A stretch of 55,532 bases of DNA, filler included, from Dirinaria sp. TL-2023a (lineage: Eukaryota), in the NCBI GenBank assembly GCA_051941275.1. It is 4 parts of 4 records of this genome, joined end to end, with 100 filler letters (N's around TTAATTAATTAA, not from the genome) between each part and the next. Parts side by side here need not be neighbours in the genome. Positions count along the whole stretch, not along the records: positions 27,839 to 41,639 come from JAVEBF010000651.1; positions 41,740 to 55,532 come from JAVEBF010000652.1; 2 more parts are not named here. The stretch is one strand, 5' to 3'. Shown one piece after another: positions 38,566-50,312 of this stretch (positions are counted from its first letter, which is position 1; every line of letters starts with the position of its first letter). The position numbers were made by a program, and so were the translations under genes. Below the pieces are notes generated by a model. That model worked only from the letters and a program-made list of their open reading frames with translations. It ran no database searches and was not told the DNA's origin.

Positions 38566-40244
38566 CACTACTGGGCTTATTTTACTCGTACCTGTGGACT
38601 GTGGAGGCCAGAAGCGCCGTGGTAGATGGAAGGCGTCAGCACGCTACTAGTCCCAAGGTACTATTCCATTAAGGTGCTCTCATCATGTGTGGGCAGGGCA
38701 AGTGCCCAGCTATTTCCGGCCAAAAGGGAAAAAAGAAAGACCCTCGCCGCTGGGACCCGATGGTTAATAGCGGGCAGCCGTAGTCGTACCAAATTGAATG
38801 CGCCCGTGGCACGCCAAGACCCCTGGTCCTGCATCTGGAAAACAGTAGGGACTACGGAGGGAAGTGTAAGGTGCTTAGGTGGTACCTTAGTAGTAGTACT
38901 CGTACCTTGCCTACCTTACCTTAGTCCTGGCACTCCTGGCACTCCTGGAAACCCCCTCGGACAGAGCGGCAAGCTGTTCCTTACCATCTCCGGTTTAGCC
39001 CGCTCTTTTCCCACTTGCTGCATGCCTGCAAGCCTGCAAGCCAGAGCAAACCTCCCTCTACGGACTATCTCCCTCATTTCCCCAACTCCTCCTACCAACG
39101 TACCCTCCAAAGTCCAAACTCCTAACCCGCTCAATCTCCCCACGACGCTTTCCTGTCGTCGCCTCTTATCCCTGGCACGCTGACCGGCAGCATACGTGCG
39201 GCTCATCGCTTGCACAGGCAATTGATCCCCTCGATCGCGGCGGAGTAGGGAGGAGGAGATTGGAACACTCACAGCCTTAACAACACCCAGCAACTTTACC
39301 TTGGCCGAGGCACAACACCTACACGCTCTTTTCGACCAAAACACGCTCATTTGACGGATTCAAATACATTGCGACAGCCTATCGTCACCAGTGCTACTGA
39401 AATCCGGGTAGACTCGCTCCTTTCGAAACAGATCAGAAACCCCTTGCATTGACTTCCCACGAATCCACCTCAGACCTCCTGCCATCGCGACTTTGAAGGC
39501 TTCTGCGAAGTCGCTACAATCATCAAAGAGAGCTGTGACGTTTTGGCGTCGTCTAGGCCCCGCGGAGGCTAAATTTGCTCGGACGGAAAAGTGGGAAGTT
39601 CTTTGTTTGGTCGTCTACACATCCGCGTGGAGATCGAAAGATGGGATTCTAAGCCAAAGGCCCGGAATTGACGAGAACAAGGGGCAAGGCGGGCTCAAGA
39701 ACAAAGGCCAAAGGGTCTTAGAGAGGTTGAACAACTTCAGCGGATCGTAATCTCGCGAGGTCGATCTCACCTCTCCCTCGAGCGCACCGCAACTCGAAAC
39801 CTTTATTTTGCGAGGCTATCGCAACTGCAGATCCAGCAAAGGGCACAAGCAGCGCAGTCGCGGCTATCTAGTCGCTCTTTTCCTTTCGGACCTTTGTTGT
39901 CCACTTACACTCATTTGGAAGATTTGCTCTATTGAAGCGCAGGCTCCTGGGGCGGTAAGTTCTGTCACGTCTCCAACTTCGCGCTCTTTTGGTTGTCCAT
40001 TACATCGAAGCCCTTCGTTGGATCAAGAGGACTGTACTGATTGAGCTTGCTGCAGCTACGTTCGTTAACCATCTTGACTTGTCAAGTTCACTCGTTTATT
40101 TTTCATCCTGACAGTAAGCGCCCTAAGCCCAAGTTTGTATGCCTACCATCGTCTAATCCCACCAGAAATCAAGACTGCAATCTCAAAGCACCTACGTTAT
40201 CAAATCTAATAACCAAGATAATCTTCAGATACCCAGATACAGCC

Positions 40245-41639
40245 ATGGTCCGTCGGTCTTCTGTAGTTTTTGCAGCTTCCCTGGTGGTGCTTGCAATCTT
40301 GAGTCCAGCAGCGGCCGCTGCTCCGGCAGGTCATGGAGGAGACAAGCCGAAATATTACTTTCCGAAGCATGTTAAGCGCATGATTGTTACTAATAGTACG
40401 ACGACTATTTCATCGACTTCGGCGAAGGAGCCTTTCCACACCCCTCCTGAGCCATTACCATTCAGCACTCCTTTGGAAAGTCCTACCAGCAGCTCGCCCA
40501 GTAGTGTTGTCGTAGTACCCCCAGCGACTACGCCTGAAACTACTTCACCTGCACCTGAAGCCCCTGCACCCACCCCCACGAGCTCAGCGACGCCGCCGCC
40601 AACATCAACTGAAAAGACCACGCACCACACCGCGGCCCATCTCCACAAGTCTCCTGGAAAGAGCCGCTCCCATACGACCACGCGCTCTTCCCACCACTCT
40701 ACTAAGTCTCCGATTGAATCTAGCACCACGCCGGATGCAAATGTGGTAACTCCCCCCTCGACAACACCACCATCGACTTCGGCCGAGCAAGAAACCACTA
40801 CTGCAGCAGAAATTCCACAGACAACACCTTCAAAGTCTGTTGGCACAGCTCCTGGGCAGGACAGCTCGAATGCCGTGGCGCACACCACCGCCAATATTGA
40901 GAGTGGTCTGGGTTCAACTGAAGCTACCGAACTTAGCACTACGAAGCCATCCGTACGAGTGCATGAACATTCAGAGGCCCCTGTAGTGCCAGCACATAAA
41001 TCTTCAAACACCATATCCAAGCCTGGGATCTTTCCTCCCAATCCCAGCATCTTGCCACCAGGAACAGGTCAAGGCAGTACCACCACCACAAATGCACAAT
41101 CTGCTGAGCAATCTGGATCAACCGTCAACCCTGATCGACAACAGCCGCAGGAAACAGGATCGAGCACTGCAGTCGCTCCTATTCAGAGTCAAACATCAGG
41201 GTCCGCGGGCAGTAACACCAATCAGCAGTCTAGTCAGTCACGAGTTGCTCAAATTACGCAAAACTCAGCGCAGTCGAGCAGTCAGCAGCAAGCCAATACC
41301 AATACTGCTCCAGCTAGTACTGCGAAGGCCAGTCAATCTCCTGCCGCTCAAACAACGCAGCCCTCAGCGCAGCCAAGTGATCAGCAACCGGCCAACGCCA
41401 GTACTGCTCAGGCTAGTGCTTCAAAAGCCAGCACCTCCAAGGCTAGTCAGTCACAGGCCGCTCAGGTTACGTCAAATTCTCAGCAGTCGGTGGACACCAA
41501 TACTGCTCAAGCTAGTGGTTCGAAAGCCAGTCCGTCACAGGCCGCTCAGAGTACACCAGGTTCTCAGCAGTCAGCGGATACTAATACTGCCCAAGCTAGT
41601 GGTTCGAAAGCCAGTCCATCACAGGCCGCTCAGACTGCA
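40245..41639 (+). CDS. Secreted Ser/Thr-rich signalling mucin, Msb2-like, 5' part (cut at contig end)
   Basis: Signal peptide MVRRSSVVFAASLVVLAILSPAAAAA, KPKYYFPKHVKR (Kex2-type KR), then a long S/T/P/Q-rich region. The diagnostic C-terminus is missing. Confidence 0.7.
41478..41639 (+). repeat. 84-bp (28-aa) coding tandem repeat in the mucin
   Basis: SQQS.DTNTAQASGSKASPSQAAQ units begin at 41478 and 41562, with diverged copies upstream; the contig breaks inside the array. Confidence 0.85.
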
Positions 41640-41739
41640 NNNNNNNNNNNNNNNNNNNNNNNNNNNNNNNNNNNNNNNNNNNNTTAATTAATTAANNNNN
41701 NNNNNNNNNNNNNNNNNNNNNNNNNNNNNNNNNNNNNNN
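41640..41739. other. Artificial contig-joining linker
   Basis: 44 N + TTAATTAATTAA (41684-41695) + 44 N. Confidence 0.97.
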
Positions 41740-42294
41740 ACAGAGACGAGGCCAGTATTCACGCGGCCTTCTCACTGGCGTTCGCCGGCTTGATTCGCAT
41801 TGGCGAATTCAAATATGCAGCATCTGCCGACGCTGAGGACTTCGCTCGATGGCACGTTACCAGGCAATCAGTTCTATTTCGGGATAACTTCATGGAATTG
41901 CACCTTCCTGCCTCGAAAATTGATCCGTGGCGGCATGGAGTTACTATTCCAATTGCGACAACCAACGATACCGCGTGCCCTGTTCAATCATTGAGGCATC
42001 TTTTCAAGCATACACCCGGCACCTGCATCTGTGCCGTTGTTTCAATTGGTGGCGCGCCCTTTCTCTAGTTAGAATGTTATCGAGGTTTTAAAGAATTTGC
42101 TCAGCGGAGTGCCGGGCCACTACTCTGGCCAATCATTCAAGCGCGGCGCCGCAACATAGGGCAAGCAGCAAAGACTCTCGCAGGACGAGATTATGATTCT
42201 AGGTCGTTGGAAGTCCGATGCCTATCGGGTATATATTGCCTGCGATTTTGACCGTGTCCTAGATTCCTCTAGGCTGTTCCAAAATGCCGCCTAG
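41740..42294 (+). mobile_element. Decayed tyrosine recombinase of a DIRS/Ngaro-type YR retrotransposon (3' part)
   Basis: AFAGLIRIGEF, SKIDPWRHG, CPV, YSGQSFKRGAAT, LGRWKSDAYRVY; frameshift near 42018 and stops at 42070 and 42157. Confidence 0.85.
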
Positions 42295-42968
42295 CGCCTT
42301 TTTCTGCTAACGGTTCCGTCAGGCGGTGATATCATCACCCTTTTCTGGGGTTTGGGAGTGTTGGTGCTAGGGGCAGCATTTTTTTTTGCCTTATATATGA
42401 GGTTTCTGACATTTTGTTGCCTGGTATATGAGGCTTTCGGTATTTGCCGTGTCTTGTATGCGGGTATGTATTATTTTGGCCAATATGTGCCTTTTGATGT
42501 TGTTGTTCTTGGCGCCGACCATGCCCAAACCAGTGCATGTATGCTTAGATAGAAATTCACCTACGGAGCATCGATAACGCTCGACGAATTCTATGGGAGG
42601 GCTGTGTGTGTTTTTTTGGGTTGCGCCAACAAGCGCTTTCGATACTGCACAGCAGTATGAAATCTATATAGTTAAATTGGTTTTGGGGGGGTCGTCGACG
42701 CCAGGAGCAGCAACATCAAATATGGCATTCATGGCCTAAACAAGGCACATATGGCCTAACAAATGCAAACGCATGACCATCGAGCATACATGACATCGAA
42801 TGGTGCGATACAACCTCACTAGGAGGCATCAAAATGCTGCCCCTAGCGCAAACACTCCCAAAACCCCAAAACACCTGATGGACTCGTCAGCAAACGAGCG
42901 CGCTAGGCAGCATTTGAAAGGCCTGAGGCAGTCTATAACCCGATTAGCAATCACATTCTGAAGGTATA
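42228..42968. repeat. Diverged inverted repeat: two YR-element 3' ends tail-to-tail (arms ~42228-42533 and ~42677-42968)
   Basis: ggggtttgggagtgttggtgctaggggcagcatttt (~42347) versus aaaatgctgcccctagcgcaaacactcccaaaacccc (42831). The reverse of the right arm encodes NRVIDCLRPF, matching DRVLDSSRLF at the YR end. Confidence 0.75.
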
Positions 42969-43777
42969 CACTCACTGTTTTGAAAGGAATGAAGAATATC
43001 TCTCGATTCACCACCTGAAATATCACCAAATGCTGAGAGAAGCTCCATCGGAAGCCATGGTCCGAATCGAGGGTATGCAAGCCCTAGGGCACACACGCTT
43101 GATTTATGAACATGACTTAGGTCTAGGCATTGCGATGCGCACATCAACACATGATCTGGACTCAGGCAAACGGCACACAATGGCCAAAAAGTGCAAACGC
43201 ATAACTATCGAGCACATATGGCATCGAATATTGCGGCACAACCTCAACTAGGAGGTATAAAAATGACAGAATGGCCAAGAAGTGCAAACGCATAACCATC
43301 GAGCACGCATGACATCGAATGGTGCGGCACTACCTTAACTAGGAGGCATAAAATTTAGTATAATGGCTGTCAGGGCCTGCACAGCGCTTAATGGCATATG
43401 GGTACAAATAGACTAGGACACTATCTATGAAGAAGAAAAGGAAAGGAAATCTAAATACAGACAGGTTTAAATGTGGGATCGGAACAACACCGGTCCGAGG
43501 ACGCTAAACCTGATCAGGCAAAAACACAACACCTCTAGCAAAACACTTGGTATAGATCTTTCCACACACATGTGGTATTCAGGGGCCCTGCTTTAGGGTC
43601 CAGGGTCTAGGAAATCATGTGATCTAGTCATGTGATCAGGTCATAGGGGTCTAGTTCATGACAATGACCAAGAAGATTCTCATCTAGTAGGCATAGAAAA
43701 GGTGTAAGTACATTACCATCGAGCACACATGGCATCAAATATGGTACAACCTCATCTAGGAAGCATAGAAATGGTCC
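42751..43777 (+). repeat. ~90-bp direct repeat family (4 or more copies)
   Basis: ATGGCC..AAGTGCAAACGCATAACCATCGAGCAC..ATG.CATCGAAT...AACCTCA.CTAGGAGGCAT at 42751, 43180, 43271 and ~43700. Confidence 0.85.
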
Positions 43778-44142
43778 AGGTCCCTCGTATATGGTATGAA
43801 AGTCCGGATAGGGAGTTTTGAGGGGTGTTCGAGAGCCGTGTTATCTCCCTCGGCGGGCCCACTAAATTACCATCTAATTTTGAGGGAAGCACCATCATGT
43901 CTCAGTGGCATATAGTATAATATTCAAGAAAACACCTCATTCGAGAGGTATAGAAATGGCCTAGGCCAAAATAGTGCGTTGCGCACACCAAAAAATGGCC
44001 CAGTGGCCTATACCAATATCTTCAAAAACCACCACTCACCTCACTCAGGGGATATAGATATAATCGAGACCTAGAGCAGTATAGAGGTATGGTTGCTGAG
44101 TAGTATTAAATGCTGTGCAGATATGCTTGCATGTGGAATAGT

Positions 44143-45526
44143 CACATCTCCGAAAAATAGGGTGTGTAGGCCACCCAATTATCTGGAGAAGACTCTGCGG
44201 CATTCGAAATTCTAGGTCCTGTGGCACATATTCAGACACTGTTGCTCGAATAGGTATAGCGTTTGTATATAACATGGCCTATAGATCTAGGCAGTCATGA
44301 CGCATGCAAATGAGCCATGGTCCATAGCTCTAACCATGGCCCAGAAAGACCTAACCCTGACCCATGAACCTAATCATGGCACACAGGCATAGATGATATA
44401 GGATTCGACCTCGAATGGTCGTATCTCCAAGATATAATGTGAGCAGACCACTTAAATATTCAGGGAACGGTCATCAAAGTGTTATTTTGGTAGAATGTCA
44501 GGCGGCACACAGTGCGGCACTATTGCCCCATCGGGCTTAGTGTCAATATTTAGGAAATAATAACCTATAGACACAAATCTGGCCTACTGACATTGTTGCT
44601 ATGTAGAAGCCGAAGTAAATAGCTGTATCTCTAAAATATAAGGTGAGTAAGCCACCTAAATATCCAGGGAAGACACCGCTGAAACCGAGTTTCTATGCCC
44701 TATGGCACATTTTGAGGCACAGTTGCCCGATTGGACATAGTGTCAACATATAGACATAGCCCATAATTCGAACAATGGCCCATATGAATAACTATGACTC
44801 ATAGAACTAACCCTGACCCATAGACCTGATCTGGTCCTGGGCCTAACCATTCACATAAGCATATCGGGATGTATGATGCGGCACATTATGCGGCAATACC
44901 AGAAAAAGATGATGTAGTATGCAAGATGAATACATCCCAGAAAACTTGGGTGTATAGATCACATAAATGTTCAGAGAAGTAACAGAATATAATGAAGAAT
45001 CCCAAAAATTGCACCTAGTACATCTAAACCTCGAAGCGGTGCGCCACCTAGGCATAATGTCATGTAGTAGGCGAGGTAGTATGTAAGATACTGCATCTCA
45101 GGAAAATTGAGTGTGCAGACCACATAAATATCCAGAGAAGCAACTGAATAACATGGGGAAACCATAGATTCAGCATAACGAATTAAAACTGAGGTGCATG
45201 TTATAACCCTGGAAACTAACCAAGTAGTAAGATAGGCACCAAGTCCTTTGACTTGGTTTAGTTAGTCTTTTGGCGCTGCCGGGACTTTTACCATTGGAAA
45301 CCTATCTAACCAAAGGTTGGGTCTTTGACAGTGCAGCCCTAGCAATTGACGTGATGAAACTCCTCGGTAGAGTTATATGTGATGAGGCACTATTATCCGA
45401 TTGAGTATAGTAACCTCCATGCGGTGAGCGATTTAGGCATAACTCCAGATAATAGGTGATATAGAGTGCAAAATGATCGTCTCCCCAAAGTATTGAGTGC
45501 GCAGGCCATATAAATATACAGGGAAG
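44143..45526 (+). repeat. Six dispersed copies of a ~49-bp motif within a degenerate array
   Basis: Consensus ATCTC...AA..T..GTG.GCAGACCAC.TAAATATCCAG.GAAG at ~44143, 44420, 44624, 44931, 45092 and 45478. Confidence 0.75.
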
Positions 45527-48500
45527 AAACAAAATATAACCGGGAACCCGAATTATATATAATGCCAAAATACCGTGTACTGGGGCAGGCCTTGCCAATT
45601 GCTATGATGTAGACCGTCAAATGAGGCATCATATGAGGCGCCAAGTGAGTTGCCATGTAGGCTGCCATGTAGGTTGCCATGTGAGGCAATATCAATGGAA
45701 TATCAACACGAGCCTCCCTGTATCCCCATGGCCTACTGCCTAGAATACTATCCAGTGCTGAGGGAGATGCTGTTTTATCTGACCTATCTCGTGCCTGAAT
45801 ATCCTTAACTGTTTGGAACCCTGACTGAGTACCCTCAGGCAGTGTGACCGGTGACCTATGTGGGCTGAGCAACCCCGTGCCCCTATGTAGGTCATGAGGT
45901 AGGAAGTATGCCTTCCTAAGGGGCCTGTTGTGGCCTAGGGTGGCGATAGGGGTGTAGACCGTGTGGTAGTAGGGTGATAGTGGATAATGTGGTTGCAATA
46001 TAGCAATTGATGATCACATGAAAGAAAGACTTGTGTTGATCAGCAACATGCACGTGATCAATGCATTTGATCAGAAGCAGAAAGGCACACTTCATCCCTT
46101 TGGCCTTTCACTGAAAATGTCACTGAAGACTGAGAGATATGCGTTTGACTCTGAGAAATTGCAATCACCTGACACGTCATCATATTGAAATATGCTTTTC
46201 TAGCATGCTCGGAGCATGAGGGTTTCGATGCAGGTGCGGAGAAGCTTCCGATATTGCGATAAATGCGATCCGAGGTATAACCGGGGGCCTAGACAGGCGA
46301 ATGGCGCAATTGGAATTGAGCGCCGTGTCAGGCCTCAATGTGGGCATGTCATTGTCGGACACAGCGCTGACAGAATTACGACTGCTTAGTCTCGCTTTAA
46401 GATTCTCTGATACGGCTGATGCAGTCTACTTGGCTCGATCTCAATGACTTGATGCAGCGACTCGGATGGTCGAAGGAATACAGTCTTTACCACTCGATCC
46501 TCACCAACGTCAGCTTGAGTCCCGCAAGCTATTCAATATTTCTCTTGCTCGTATGCAAACAGAACTCTTACGCATGGCTCGCGGTGCGAGACTGAATCCT
46601 TCAATAATGAGTCATGATCTACTTAATAGTATTCTCGTGGATCCCTGTGGCATGATTAAGATACACGCGAATGGGATGAAAAATGTCAGCATTGTTGGGC
46701 TTTTAGAAATGCTGGCAACTGCACTTTCTTTGTGACTTCTGACCATAGAGACCGGGGACACAATAGTGCTTGTGTGACTCCTTGACAGCATAGTCAGCCC
46801 TACAATCTTGAAAGTCCTGGTATTCCTCCATAGAGTCTGCAGGATTGTCGTTGATTTCCTCATCACACTCTGGTCTCGGGTGTTCGACATTATCTCTAGA
46901 GCTAAATCTACACTGATTGACATATGCTAATTCGCTTTACCTTGAAGCTAGTCTTGGGTTTTGAAAAGGCTCAAAAGTAAGATAAACCTTCTTATAGATG
47001 TTACTTGAAGTTTCGTCAATTCCTAAACATCCTCTTTCGCGGTTTCAGACTCTTCTAATCACAGTCTGGAAACATTGATACGCCGCAAAGAGAGAACTGA
47101 AAAAGAGAGAACGTGCATCTTTCGCGATAAATTTTAACAAATTCAGGACTTTTTTGCATCTAAACCTCCCAAGAAGAACATTTTTTGTTCCGAAAGACTT
47201 AGTTGGCTAGATGATAAGCAGAGAATCCTCGATCATTGCTTAAAAATGCTGTCTATTGTAAAGACAGATCTCGCATTGCTTAAGACAAAGGAGCGGGTCT
47301 CGAAATAATTAGTTAAAATCTCATGAGTGTCTGGAATTCATGAGGAAAATTGAGTCTAATAGATGGCGTTTCATTTGCGGCAGACAGTCATTGGTCGGCC
47401 TCAGATATGTCATTATGACAATGTCTATCGAACGACTCGAAGCACTGCGGAGTGTTTTTAGGGAGTAGAGATGGATCTTTAGATCTCTGGATCTCATCCC
47501 ACTGTCAGCTAGCTATCGCTGGAGACGACTTGCGGGGGTTGAATTGACTCAATACTGACTCGTCTAAGCGATCCAACGCTAGTGCAGTTGTTCGTGGGCT
47601 TCTAAACTTTTGCGGCTGCATATTGACTCGAAAATGCAAGCTGAGCATCAAGAGTTGACCATCGTAATGCAGGTCAAGACGACGTCGTCGTTCAAGCGTT
47701 TACACTTTACACTTGGGCTGCAACTCGAACTTATTATTATAAGCTGCGAATGGCAGGAAAGTATTTGCTTGGTGGTGCGAGCTAGTCTCCCAGATAGCTT
47801 CCTGCTCATCGCACTAGTGATACTGACAACGTCAGTCAGGACACATGACGCCAAACTTTGTATCGAGCATTTGGCGCTGCGTGCATTACCTTACTCTCAA
47901 TTACCACATTGTCGGCTTGTCCTCGAAAGTCACGTCAAATGCAATCAAAGTCGACCGGTCTTGAAGCTTCCAATGATTGCGTCTTGCTACGCGCTATTTC
48001 GAAGTCAGGGAATATCAGACCGTCTTGGCATTCGGCATGGGTGAATGTGAAAGGTCTAGACTTTGGGTGGGAATGACGATAAAGGCTTGCATACGATCTC
48101 TAGGATCACACTCTGTTGTTCCCCAAGTCTCGTCAGAAGTAGACTTTTCCCTTTGGGCAGCATTGCTACTAATTCCTCAACGTTGCAAATCCCAAACGAT
48201 CTAGTATGGCGGGCACAGGAGGCGGGACGACTCTGAGGAAGAGACTGCTCATAAATTGTGACAATTTGTGTACCCTGCTTTACTGCTGTTTGTTCTCAGT
48301 CAACGCATGTATAGGAACGGGTCGGGTACCTCAAGTCCCTTCAACGGCACTCACCGACTCATCTACATCGCCTAGGCAGAATATACAGCCAGTCCGCGGC
48401 TCATCAGTGGCTACGAGTCCTCTCCTTCAGTGTCCAATTGTGCGAGGATTGATCGCGCGGCGCGTTTGGACGGCACATCGAATGGGTTTCAGCAGACTGT

Positions 48501-49449
48501 ATACTATCAGACGGGTGTTGGAGCCGATGCGGAAACCGGAGGCGGAATCGGACAGAGCGCTTGAGGTACCGGAGTGACGTGCAATGTTCGAACATCCTAC
48601 GACTTCATATGCAACAACTATGATTAGGACGACGAGATTTACATCATCGGCTTTTGTCGTAGCGCTTTTACCGCCCGTAGTATTGCAGGCTTGATCGGTA
48701 GACGCGGTATCCTCACAAAGAAGGGGTTAAATCTCTTCTTTGAAGCTGTGCTTTACTATCGTTATTATCACGGAAGTGCTTTCGATGCCTCATGGGAACC
48801 AAATGATATAAGTCATTATATTAGATTTTGGGCTTCGTCGGCGCCAAAGGCGAATATCTAGCAAGCAAAACCTGCCTCAAAAACATGCTGTCTCAAGCGC
48901 CAGCAACTCCATCTACCTATGCGGCCGATACCTGAAGTGAGTGGGTGGGAAAGCACTTCCGCAATGCGATATCGAGTGCGATAATAAGCAGACGATGAAG
49001 CAAATGTGAAAGTCAGAGAAGGTGCCGATGGAGCATTATATGCTACCTACCGGCAAACCCGACATCTTGCCACCGATAAGAGGACTGCCATGTATAATGC
49101 GAAAAGAACCGAAAAATCTCTGCAAATTTGCAATCGAGTCGATCAGAAGACTGTCATCTAGAGGACTGCCATGTATAGTGCCAGAAATCTCTGAAGGAGG
49201 CTTCGTCGTTGAGATCTCTGACCGTATTGGGAAGAGCTCCCGAGGCGGCAATAACGACCACCCCGATGGTGACAATAGTGTTATGGCATCTAGACACTTC
49301 CCCCTTGCCTTGCAGGGCCCTACTACGATGACACGACAAGGCCACCATGTCCGGTCTCCGAAAATATAAGTTCATTACATCGAACAGCATAGATAATGGC
49401 ATTAAAAATCATAGGATAATACGACGCGCATGTACGTGCCTGGCACTAG

Positions 49450-50312
49450 TGTTGGAATTTCGCTTATATCTAGCGTCTTGGCATGTTTATGTGTATTTAA
49501 GAGGCCAAATCCTCCTGGCAATTCTATCCTAAGTGTCATCAAAAATCTCGATTTCCAACAGATTATGAGCCCGGGTACCGCGTTTATATTTTATACTCGG
49601 AGAATGGCACTCCCTCATGTATAGCAGGTGCTTGCATGTTGTAACAAAAGCGCTGCACTGAGCAGTCACGACGTCGTCATTCACGACCGCAAAAAATCGA
49701 GTTTGGAAATGTTGCATCGGGCAAGTCTACAAGTCACGTCGTCTGGGCCAGAAAGGTCTTTTGGGTCAGGATGATCTATTGTTAGGCCAGGAAGGCCTGT
49801 CATGCCAGGAAGGCATTTTACTAGGTGCCTGGAAGGTGTCTAAGTTAGATAGGCCAGGAAAGTCTGTTTTTATGCCAGGAAGGCATTTTGGAAGGTACCA
49901 GGAGAATGCCTAGGCCAAGAAGGCCTGTTTTTATGCCAGGAAGGCATAATTGGAAGGTACCAGGAAGGTGCCTAGGTCAAGAAGACCTGTTAACGTCAAC
50001 GCCCACGGTACACTACCCGATTTCCCTACACGAGCGAGGTTTGCGGGTTTAAGAAGGCTATTAAGAGAAGGGCATACATTATGAGGAAGCAGAGGGTGCT
50101 GCAAGAAGCAGTGTCAGTCAAAAGATCTACACACAGCAAAGACGACGATATGGATTAAGCAGGCACTCAAGGGCGGCGACTAGATATCGCTCAAGGGGGT
50201 GTGTTGGAATTTCGCTTATATCTAGCGTCTTGGCATGTTTATGTGTATTTAAGGGGTCAAATCCTCCTAGCAATTCTATTCTAAGTGTCATCAAAAATCT
50301 CGATTTCCAACA
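49450..50312 (+). mobile_element. 863-bp non-autonomous Copia-derived miniature LTR retroelement (TRIM-like)
   Basis: 111-bp LTRs at 49450-49560 and 50202-50312 (TGTTGGAA...TTCCAACA); 5-bp TSD ACTAG at 49445-49449 and 50313-50317; PBS GATTATGAGCCC; PPT AAGGGGGTG; no gag/pol ORF. Confidence 0.93.
49785..49990 (+). repeat. GCCAGGAAGG-based minisatellite inside the miniature LTR element
   Basis: About 10 variants of (g)ccaggaagg, with a ~60-bp higher-order unit (tgtttttatgccaggaaggcat..ttggaaggtaccagga). Confidence 0.8.

Noticed and set aside
40355..41691. Antisense 231-aa and alternate-frame 199-aa ORFs over the mucin
   Set aside because: By-products of repetitive S/T/P codon usage; the second runs into the N linker.
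41740..42294. Starship captain (DUF3435) recombinase
   Set aside because: SKxDP, CPV and GRWxSDAY motifs and the compact domain fit DIRS/Ngaro-type YRs instead.
44340..44830. Telomere tract
   Set aside because: Only isolated degenerate CTAACCCTGACCC motifs; no tandem (CCCTAA)n.
42751..45526. CRISPR-like array
   Set aside because: Eukaryotic context, degenerate repeats, irregular spacing, related inter-repeat sequence, no cas genes.
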